39,230 bases of DNA from Corallochytrium limacisporum Hawaii (Eukaryota > Protista > Pluriformea), in the NCBI GenBank assembly GCA_002811645.1, contig PDIP01000084.1, forward strand, positions 1 through 39,230. The letters are read 5' to 3'. The translations under genes and the position numbers were made by a program. This document shows positions 31,822 through 39,230 of this stretch, in pieces (position 1 is the stretch's first letter; every line of letters starts with the position of its first letter). The notes beneath the pieces were generated by a model, which saw only the letters and a program-made list of their open reading frames with translations, was not told the DNA's origin and did not search any database.

Positions 31822-33282
31822 TTAAAGAGGTTGCACGTAGGTCAGAGGGAAGTTTCCTGTCTGTCCGCCACACGTTCCCTGAGCCCACTGGTCGTCCTCA
31901 AAGATAGTCTGCACTGCAACAATGTCTCCCTCATAGATGGTGAGATCGCCCACTTCCTGCGCCTCAAAGTCGTACAGTACGACCGCCTGGTAATCAACCT
32001 GCTTGCTACCCGGTGGTGGAGGCACATACACGGGGGCGGCCACGAATTGTTCCTGTGACTTGCTGGCAATCTCGACTCCACTATCAGTTGCTTGAATGCT
32101 GCCAGGAGCAGGAATTGGAGGTGCAGGGGGTAGAGGGGTGCTACAGTTACTGCTGCCCAAGCTTCCATTTGCCGTAGTCGCTGCAGACGTGGGCACAGGG
32201 GGCAGGGGCATCATTCGGGCATTGCTCATGCTACGTGGTCGAGGAGACACCTGTGGGCTCGCATCCCGCACTAGGGCGGCGGCGAGGGTGGCAGGGGCAG
32301 TGGGTCGCTTTGCGCTCGCCACCGGGTTCACCGTTGAGCGTATAGTGCCATTCATAATGGACTGCGTGTCAAGATCTGAATCTTCGATGCCTCCACTGTA
32401 GTCCTCATCCCACATTTCGTCGTCCAAGGACGCCTCCATACCATCGAGGATGTCCATGATGTCGGCCGTGCTCGCACCGATTGACGGCACGGACGGTGTG
32501 GATACAAGGGACACAGAACTTACGGCATCGCGCAAACCGCGGTCAGTCTTGGGGTACACCGTCGCCTGGACAGCAGAAGGCAGCTTTTGAGCACGCTTGA
32601 TGCTACCAACATTCCGTACATCCGCCTTTAGCAGAGTCTCTGCGTCAAGAAGCTTCGAGCTGAAGGATTCGCTCTGGTCCAGCAGACGAGAGTAGAAATT
32701 GAAGACGGAGGCATGCAGCGTGCGCTCGAGCACAACACAGTCCTTTACAAGTTTCCGTTTCTCCTCTTCCTGACACTTCACAAGCGCTGTAATCTCCATC
32801 ATTGCATCTGGAAGTTGACTGGGATCCTTCTTGCCGACCTTTACAACCTTCTTTTCGGCTTCTCTCATGACATCCCGCTGAGCAACCCTTTCCTTCTTGA
32901 AGCGACCACGCACCTTGCGCTCTTCTTTGAGAGTCTCGTCTACCGCGCAGCGAACTCCCGGTGAAAATTCAGTCAGATAAAGCCTAGCCACCTGATCTGC
33001 ATGCTTACCTTGTTTGAAAAAATAGTTTGCACTCTCTGCATAGACTCTCTGGAAGTCTTCGGATGTTGTGCGATTGGTGCGTTGCAGACACTGACCAAAG
33101 GCAACATTCATTTCCCGTGCGGCACCAGCGAGTTGTTCGAGTGCCCTAGCATAGCCCTGAACTGCTTTCTGTAGGCCTCCATCAGCATCTTTGAAGGCAC
33201 GCGTGCGGGCCAGGCTTCGTGTGATCAGTAGATCATACCGACTGCAGTTCTTGGACGCGCCGCCGTTCCGATCTTGTGGCAT
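31822..33282 (-). CDS. I-BAR (IMD) plus C-terminal SH3 protein, IRSp53/BAIAP2-like architecture
   Basis: About 240-aa helical, basic N-domain, then a Pro-rich linker. SH3 motifs AVVLYDFEA, DLTIYEGD, QWAQG and GNFPLTYV. Confidence 0.75.
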   Translation of the reverse strand: MPQDRNGGASKNCSRYDLLITRSLARTRAFKDADGGLQKAVQGYARALEQLAGAAREMNVAFGQCLQRTNRTTSEDFQRVYAESANYFFKQGKHADQVARLYLTEFSPGVRCAVDETLKEERKVRGRFKKERVAQRDVMREAEKKVVKVGKKDPSQLPDAMMEITALVKCQEEEKRKLVKDCVVLERTLHASVFNFYSRLLDQSESFSSKLLDAETLLKADVRNVGSIKRAQKLPSAVQATVYPKTDRGLRDAVSSVSLVSTPSVPSIGASTADIMDILDGMEASLDDEMWDEDYSGGIEDSDLDTQSIMNGTIRSTVNPVASAKRPTAPATLAAALVRDASPQVSPRPRSMSNARMMPLPPVPTSAATTANGSLGSSNCSTPLPPAPPIPAPGSIQATDSGVEIASKSQEQFVAAPVYVPPPPGSKQVDYQAVVLYDFEAQEVGDLTIYEGDIVAVQTIFEDDQWAQGTCGGQTGNFPLTYVQPL

Positions 33283-33619
33283 GGCTCGAGCTTTGTTGGT
33301 GTTGAAACTCGCCCGGTACTATACTGATAGACTACCTTGGTCAAAGCCGTGGCTGAATATCCCACTTTGTCACATATAAAGGCCTGAAAACAAGCCAGTC
33401 ACCAAGGATTCTAAGTACCACGTCCCAAAATACCCGCCGAAATGAACTAGTCCACACCGCTAATTCCGCAAGCCAGATGCAGGGGCCCCGCCGTCTTTAT
33501 GCTTCATAGAACGAAACCTGGAAATTTTTCTTCATCATCATAAGGCTTTATCCTTCCGTCGTCGAAGGCCTGCTACATGTAAATATACACACCTGTTTTA
33601 GGCGTCATTGCGACCCAAT

Positions 33620-33761
33620 GCCAGTCCTGAGATTATGAGAAGCATGGGACCCCCCCGGTTCGTGAGATCCGCAGTTCGTGCCCAGTCCGTTGTCGGGCAC
33701 TTCCGCGCTAGCGGTTCGCAACGATGCGGACAGGACGTGGGCTGGAGTGGTTTTTTTTTTT
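33620..33761 (+). ncRNA. Candidate structured RNA ending in T11
   Basis: Nested helices found by hand (see findings) and a T11 run at 33751-33761. Family not recognised. Confidence 0.25.
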
Positions 33762-34360
33762 GACAGAGGCAGAGCCATTTAGTACTAAATGTATGGGAAT
33801 GACAGTGCGAACTCCAGGTCAAAAAGTTGGGAGAGGCGGTCCGTGTACTCGTGCCCCAAGAAGGAGTGGGTAAGGAGTTGGTTAATTGACTTCTACGGCC
33901 CAAACCCCCCCCCCTCCTTCCCCGTCTCTTTCCCCCTGCTCATCCCCTCCGCCAAATGTCACCAATCAGCGACAAGGATAGACGGTCCTAATTAAATATA
34001 TACGGATATTTTAAATTTGAAACTTTTACGGTGTCGTATTTATGTAGTGGACTTGTACATGTTTGAAATTTACAGTAATAATTTAATGATATCTTGAGCG
34101 TCCAATACGTATATCAAAATATTTCCATTGCCACCAATCTGCAGTGCACAACGTCGCATTTCACCGAGAAGGTGCACATTGGCCAGCTGCATGGCCCTGG
34201 TCTACTCACAATGGAGCATGGAAGCGAAGACAAGTTGCTGTCTGCAGTGCACTCTTCTTGATCATGCTCTTTCATAACATCAATAATTTTATACAATGTA
34301 CCACTGCATGATGTACAGCCTTCTTTGATCTCTATTCTATGATATCTAATGATTCCTTCT

Positions 34361-35500
34361 TTACTCTATGATTTCGTCAATTATGCCAGTTTGGGAACGA
34401 TCCCATCTTCTGTCGGCCCAGAGCTTCTCGGCACATTTGGAGGAACAGATGACAAACTCCAAAGGCACCGATGGCTCGTCCAGAATGTGCTGTGTGTCGT
34501 ACCAAAGGCAGGCTGCCTCATCAAATATTGGGTCGTGGCACACAACGCAGCGATCGCCCGTACACGCACGTCGCAGGGCGTCGGCAATGTCAAACGGCAA
34601 GTGCAGAATCGGTCCCTTGAACCATGGCTCATCCCCGGGATGTGGGCGCATCGAGGGCCTCAAATTTACATCTGTGTACTTGATGAGCTCAGGATACTTG
34701 AAGACATGGCGTAAGCACTGGGTCTTCAGGCTGATCGGCTGATGATACTGTGACGGGCCACCTTTGCCATTGTCATTAGAAACACCTAACCGATTCTGCT
34801 TAATCTTTGTTGCATTCCACAGAGGGTTTGGACGTACACTCAGCAACTCCAGATGCGGTAGATCTGCCACTTCACTCGGTAACGTTGACAGCTGATTACT
34901 GCTCAGACTGAGCGATTTGAGATTTCGCAGCACCGCAATGGCGTGTGGGATCTGTTTCAATTTGTTGCCGCGCAGGGAAAGCACGGTCAGGTTGTCCAGT
35001 TGGAACAACTTTGAACTTAGCGGAGACATGCTACCGAGATGATTGCACGCCAGGAAGAGCTCTAGATCACGGTGTGCTCTGGCGTCAGAAGCGCTCCAGC
35101 TGGTCAAAAACTTTAAGTCTATGATACTGTCTGGCAATTCGGCGAGACCAAGACCGGACAGGTCAACTTTCTTGTTGCCTTCATCGATAGCTTCTCCAAT
35201 AACCTCGTCCGCGGCCGCGGCTGTAATGCGGAGGGCCTCTAACTGTCGCGCGCTCGGCTGCCTACCTGCCCTGTATTGTTCCGGGCTGGGTAACGTTGTC
35301 AGCACAAAGGAATGGTTCAGCTTGCGACTCGCTCCCGTAGTCTGCCTGCTGACCCCACGACCTGGGGACTGTACAAATCTATTTGGTGACTGGTTTCCCA
35401 CACCGTTGGCTCGATCCGGAGTCGTACTGGTATCGGGCTGTGGCGCACTGCGAAACCTCCGCAGCGATCCTGCCCTCGATCCCGAAATTGCCACTGGCAT
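34361..35500 (-). CDS. Leucine-rich repeat protein with BC/cullin-box-like segment and C-terminal Cys cluster (LRRC58/LRRC28-like)
   Basis: LxxLxLxxNxL repeats ending in NPL cap, then SLKTQCLRHV, LPFDIADAL, CVVC and VPLEFVICSSKC. Confidence 0.82.
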   Translation of the reverse strand: MPVAISGSRAGSLRRFRSAPQPDTSTTPDRANGVGNQSPNRFVQSPGRGVSRQTTGASRKLNHSFVLTTLPSPEQYRAGRQPSARQLEALRITAAAADEVIGEAIDEGNKKVDLSGLGLAELPDSIIDLKFLTSWSASDARAHRDLELFLACNHLGSMSPLSSKLFQLDNLTVLSLRGNKLKQIPHAIAVLRNLKSLSLSSNQLSTLPSEVADLPHLELLSVRPNPLWNATKIKQNRLGVSNDNGKGGPSQYHQPISLKTQCLRHVFKYPELIKYTDVNLRPSMRPHPGDEPWFKGPILHLPFDIADALRRACTGDRCVVCHDPIFDEAACLWYDTQHILDEPSVPLEFVICSSKCAEKLWADRRWDRSQTGIIDEIIE

Positions 35501-35864
35501 TTTGACGTCTTATTCGGTAGTTTATATTAGACGAAATGAAACTAGAAAGAAAGAAGATACTCCTACCTACAAAAGCAAGTGGTCTCAAATACTATAATAT
35601 GGGGCTCTAGCCGGTCTCGCTTCCAAGTCTCAATTTCCGAGTGAGAACCCGTTCACCTCCCCCCGCCAGGACACGTCAAACGCTTGGCGCCAAAGTCTGG
35701 CAGCCGGCTTTGGCCCCACCGTGGCCCTGTCCCCTCAGTACTGCAAAGTACCGGAAAATGGAATACACGGAAAAATGGAAGAAACCAGATGTTTATATAT
35801 TGATTTTTCCGACACCTAATTTAGTACCGAAATTCCTGAGGCCTGTTGTTGTTGGCCACGGGTT

Positions 35865-35936
35865 GGGGGTGTAGATCAGTGGTAGATCGTCTCGTTTGCA
35901 TCGAGAAGGCCGGGGGTTCAAGTCCCTCCTCCTCCA
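35865..35936 (+). tRNA. tRNA-Ala(UGC), intronless
   Basis: Full cloverleaf. Acceptor GGGGGTG/CTCCTCC has the G3:U70 Ala determinant and a U6-U67 mismatch. D stem GATC/GATC, anticodon stem TCTCG/CGAGA with TGC at 35897-35899, T loop TTCAAGT, discriminator A. Confidence 0.96.
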
Positions 35937-35949
35937 AAGTTGGAGTTTC

Positions 35950-35964
35950 TTTTTTTTTTTTTTT
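35950..35964 (+). terminator. Pol III oligo-T terminator of tRNA-Ala
   Basis: T15 starting 14 nt after the tRNA 3' end. Confidence 0.85.
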
Positions 35965-36193
35965 GGCCAGGTTGTGCCAAGTGCCAGGCTGTCATTGCTG
36001 GGAGAACTATGAAACAGTACGGGTAGATTAAAGACAGCGCAGCAATCTGCATTCCAGACGTCATAGCGCAGGCACTTGTAGACCCGATCAGAGGGAAAAC
36101 AAGATACCCTGTACGGCGCTGCCTTCAAGTACATGGGAGGACAGCCATGTAAGCTGTATATCACGTTTTTTTTTGCACGCAAAACTTTGCACA

Positions 36194-37657
36194 ATGCAAG
36201 GACGGCTCAACACGAGAACAAACGGACAGTATCGAATCCAGTTAGGAGACGACGTTCTACTAGGACAGTCGGTCAAAGGAAACCGATATGGGTGGCGGGC
36301 CACCCTGCGGGATCTGCGACGCCGCGTCCCGTCCAACCGTCGACTGTTCATCTTTGGAATAATAGCTTTCATTTTATTGCGATACCTTTGGACCTCGGGA
36401 ACGTCGGTTAACACAACTTCCGCCGCAGTGGCAACGTCGACTCGGCCACCGAATGCAGTGGAAGAGGCACCTACATACCAACCCGACCTAATCCTGCCGT
36501 TGAAATGGTGGGAAGCGAGCACACACCTTACTTCTAACGACCAGCACCGGATAGCCGAGCCACCGGCCTTCGGATCGACTATAGCCGATATTGCGTCAGA
36601 GAATGAAGAAATACATATTGTGGTGCATGTGTTCGCGTGGGACCGCTTGGATTCTTTGAAACGCCTCCTGAAGTCGCTTGAGACCTCCTACTACGATAGG
36701 CATCCGGTTGACCTGCAATTTAACATCGACGGTGGGGCGAAACAGGAAGTCACACAATTCGTCTCTACTTACACAGGATGGCAGCACGGAGACGTTGTAC
36801 GAAACATTCGCACAGAGAACGTTGGGTTAGAACGCAACATCATGACTGCATGGGACCCTGTGAATGACCGGCGTATGGGTGTATTCCTCGAGGATGACAT
36901 TGAAGTTAGCCCGTACTGGTACAGATACATCCGCGCTTGTCTGAAGGCCTATCGCCATGCCTGGCGCGAATACAGTGGCCTGGTGGGCATTTCCCTGTAC
37001 ACCCCACGCCTGGTCCAGGTACCTCGACCACAGCGTGACTGGCACGCGTACGAAGCGGGTGTGAAGCTGAACAATCCCTTCCTGCTGCAGCTGCCGTGTA
37101 GTTGGGGTGCGTTGTACTTCCCCTGGGCATGGCGTGACTTTAGACAGTACTGGGAGAGCATGCAGCGGCCCGAAATCCCTGCCAAAGAAATTCCGTACTT
37201 GCCGGACACAGATACAAACAGGTGGGAGCGCAGCTGGAAGCGTCGCATGATTGAATTCATGTACGTGAATGGTATGGTGATGTTGTATCCGAATCTTGCA
37301 AACGAAGCGAGCTTTAGTACCAACCACCGGGAAGTCGGTCAGCATACAGGGACCGGTGGTTCTGCACAAAAGGAAAATGATCTTTCCCCGGAGAAGCGTG
37401 CTGAGCTGGAGCGCAAGCGTCGACAGTTCGAGGTGCCTTTAGTGGAGTCCGATGGCGTAGCATCACAATTGCGATTTCCGGCGGTTGACTCGCTGGACGT
37501 TTTGAATTTGTATCACCACCGCGTAGACGAAGGGCGCAGAACCTTGCTGAAACTTGGTAGATACTGGGCTGGCGAAATTGCCGATTGGCACGGTAGCGAC
37601 AATGAACTACTACAGGCGCTGCAAACTGTTCCTGATGATTTTCTGAGAACGATATGA
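36194..37657 (+). CDS. Type II membrane GT-A fold glycosyltransferase (uncharacterised GT2-like family)
   Basis: Basic cytosolic tail, TM LFIFGIIAFILL and Thr/Pro stem. Motifs DRLDSLKRLLKSL, FLEDDIEVSPYWY, GISLYTPR, QLPCSWGALYFP and STNH. Confidence 0.85.
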   Translation: MQGRLNTRTNGQYRIQLGDDVLLGQSVKGNRYGWRATLRDLRRRVPSNRRLFIFGIIAFILLRYLWTSGTSVNTTSAAVATSTRPPNAVEEAPTYQPDLILPLKWWEASTHLTSNDQHRIAEPPAFGSTIADIASENEEIHIVVHVFAWDRLDSLKRLLKSLETSYYDRHPVDLQFNIDGGAKQEVTQFVSTYTGWQHGDVVRNIRTENVGLERNIMTAWDPVNDRRMGVFLEDDIEVSPYWYRYIRACLKAYRHAWREYSGLVGISLYTPRLVQVPRPQRDWHAYEAGVKLNNPFLLQLPCSWGALYFPWAWRDFRQYWESMQRPEIPAKEIPYLPDTDTNRWERSWKRRMIEFMYVNGMVMLYPNLANEASFSTNHREVGQHTGTGGSAQKENDLSPEKRAELERKRRQFEVPLVESDGVASQLRFPAVDSLDVLNLYHHRVDEGRRTLLKLGRYWAGEIADWHGSDNELLQALQTVPDDFLRTI

Positions 37658-37686
37658 ATAAATGTTCGCAAAAAGTGTACTAGTCT

Positions 37687-38880
37687 TTATATCTTTGTCT
37701 TTTGCTCCTGTATCAGTTGCATGAGTTGGACGTAGAGATCGTCATTGTGGGCCTCTAGTGAATCGGGATCAACTTCGTTGTGGCAGAAGGTACACTCGTT
37801 GTTTCCAAGTTTGGTGTAATGCGGACAGGTGTTGCTGCCCAGAACTGACAGCATGGCGGTTGGATCACCCGTCTTTAGGGCGTAGTTTAACCGCTCTGTA
37901 CGACGTTGAGAGGGCGTCGTCGTCAGAATATATACTGCTGTCCCCGTCGCATCCACAGCTACACGGGCGAAAGGTTTGAGAGCGTCGTAGTAGACAAAGC
38001 TAGCCGCCTTTCCGGTGCCTTTGGCCACGCCTCTGGAAGCCCGGGCGATCCCACGGGCCGCTGTGCGTAACAAAGGCACTGATGTCGGGGTTTGACCACC
38101 AGACTGCATGTTATCCATAACGGTTGTGCGACTGGTCGGATCTTCGTTACACTGGTGGCTGCTGTCGGCCCAGCTGAACGGTTTGCCGCAGAGCCAGCAA
38201 AAGTTATTGCCGCACCAGGTGCAGTACATATGGCTGCACCCGCCGTCCTTTACGACCCGTCGACCGCAACGAGTGCATGTGCGAGTGTGCTCTGCAAGCC
38301 AAAGAACGGTTTGCATTTCTTCTCTTCGTCGCTCGGTGGTTCCATACCGAATGGCTAGCACTTCGGCGATGTGTTCCTCGCCGTCAACATCCCCAGCGAT
38401 GATAGGACGATTCGATGGCATAAAGCATGAAACGGGGAACAAAAGTAGCATCTTGATGCGTTTTGCGTTGCCCTTTGACGATATCATGCTGAGACTTCGC
38501 GCGTCTGCGTCACTGTCACCACTGCTACTCCCACTATCATCAACATGGCCACGTAGAATGCATGTCGCTGCTAATTCTGGATACGCATTGCGAAAGAGTT
38601 CGATCATGGCCCAAGTGGGTCGAAGATACGCTAAACACGGGCCACTGCAGCAGCTTACTCCGGAGCTGACGAGATTTTCATCATACCGCAGACGAAGGAT
38701 GACACCGGCCTCTATATAGCGGCAAAAACACTCACCGCAGACCAGGTGCGTCGTGTCCTCGTCGCAGTGGAGACCCACAGGACCATCCTTCTGCAAGTCG
38801 ATCTTGGTGACGAGATCCGTTTCCGTTGGATCAAGCACTGTCACGATCGCCGCTTCACAGACCACACATTTGCCTTCCAT
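37687..38880 (-). CDS. RBR-like E3 ubiquitin ligase (RING1 plus RING2/Rcat)
   Basis: RING1: CVVC...C-x5-H-x2-CGEC...CCSGPC. Rcat: CTRC...KDGGCSHMYCTWCGNNFCWLC...HQC. Start 38880 chosen; upstream in-frame ATGs exist at 38946 and 38964. Confidence 0.85.
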   Translation of the reverse strand: MEGKCVVCEAAIVTVLDPTETDLVTKIDLQKDGPVGLHCDEDTTHLVCGECFCRYIEAGVILRLRYDENLVSSGVSCCSGPCLAYLRPTWAMIELFRNAYPELAATCILRGHVDDSGSSSGDSDADARSLSMISSKGNAKRIKMLLLFPVSCFMPSNRPIIAGDVDGEEHIAEVLAIRYGTTERRREEMQTVLWLAEHTRTCTRCGRRVVKDGGCSHMYCTWCGNNFCWLCGKPFSWADSSHQCNEDPTSRTTVMDNMQSGGQTPTSVPLLRTAARGIARASRGVAKGTGKAASFVYYDALKPFARVAVDATGTAVYILTTTPSQRRTERLNYALKTGDPTAMLSVLGSNTCPHYTKLGNNECTFCHNEVDPDSLEAHNDDLYVQLMQLIQEQKTKI

Positions 38881-39230
38881 GATGGTGAAGTAGGTAATGA
38901 AACACGTTACATTGGAATGCAGAGCGTGAAGGGGATTCTTTAACATACCCGCACGTGAAATCATTCTGACTGTACTGTAGAGCCACACGAATACGACATT
39001 GCAGGTCCAAGAAACGATTATTTGAAACAAAAGCCACGTACACCCCCCAACAAACAAACACGCATCGTCAGCTGCTTCCCCCCGCCAATCTAGTGAACGC
39101 CCCTAGGAATTCAGCACCGAACTACCACCCTCTGTCTGGGAATATTGTATCAAATCTACTCATTTTGATTTAGCTCTGCCGTCGCTTGGGAGAGCGGGAA
39201 AATTTTGACAGATTCGAACTCAGCACCCTC

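Noticed and set aside
33585-33650. U1-like fragments (ATACACACCTG, CATTGC, GATTATGAGAAG)
   Set aside because: Two mismatches in the splice-site-pairing segment, stem-loop motifs in the wrong order and no proper Sm site.
35689-35714. 9-bp hairpin upstream of the tRNA
   Set aside because: Isolated short stem in GC-rich DNA, expected by chance.

Overview
Gene-dense eukaryotic nuclear DNA. It holds 15 credible protein-coding genes, each a single uninterrupted ORF with no intron needed, plus one tRNA-Ala(UGC) gene and a 477-nt assembly gap. The genes are: Ure2p/YfcG-type GST, a hypothetical protein, WDR44, ADE2 (PurK-PurE), a Cys-rich type I membrane protein, AKAP17A, WDR33, mitochondrial AsnRS, a stand-alone UMPS-type OPRT, NSDHL, a possible APC15, a Rieske-FNR fusion, an I-BAR/SH3 protein, an LRRC58/28-like protein, a GT-A glycosyltransferase and an RBR-like ligase; the hypothetical protein is the least certain, making 16 calls in total. 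The mix of animal-like and fungal/plant-like genes without introns suggests an intron-poor unicellular opisthokont such as Corallochytrium (inference, not verified). No CRISPR array, transposase or OMEGA/Fanzor nuclease was found. The strongest leads are: (1) an RFESD-like Rieske ferredoxin fused to an FNR/cytochrome-b5-reductase module; (2) a pri-miRNA-like hairpin of about 32 pairs at 6235-6325; (3) a highly structured candidate RNA ending in T11 at about 33620-33761; (4) a split UMP synthase; (5) a dual-start GST carrying a mitochondrial presequence. Two multi-kb ORF-free regions (2.7-7.2 kb and 14.2-19.3 kb) remain unexplained.
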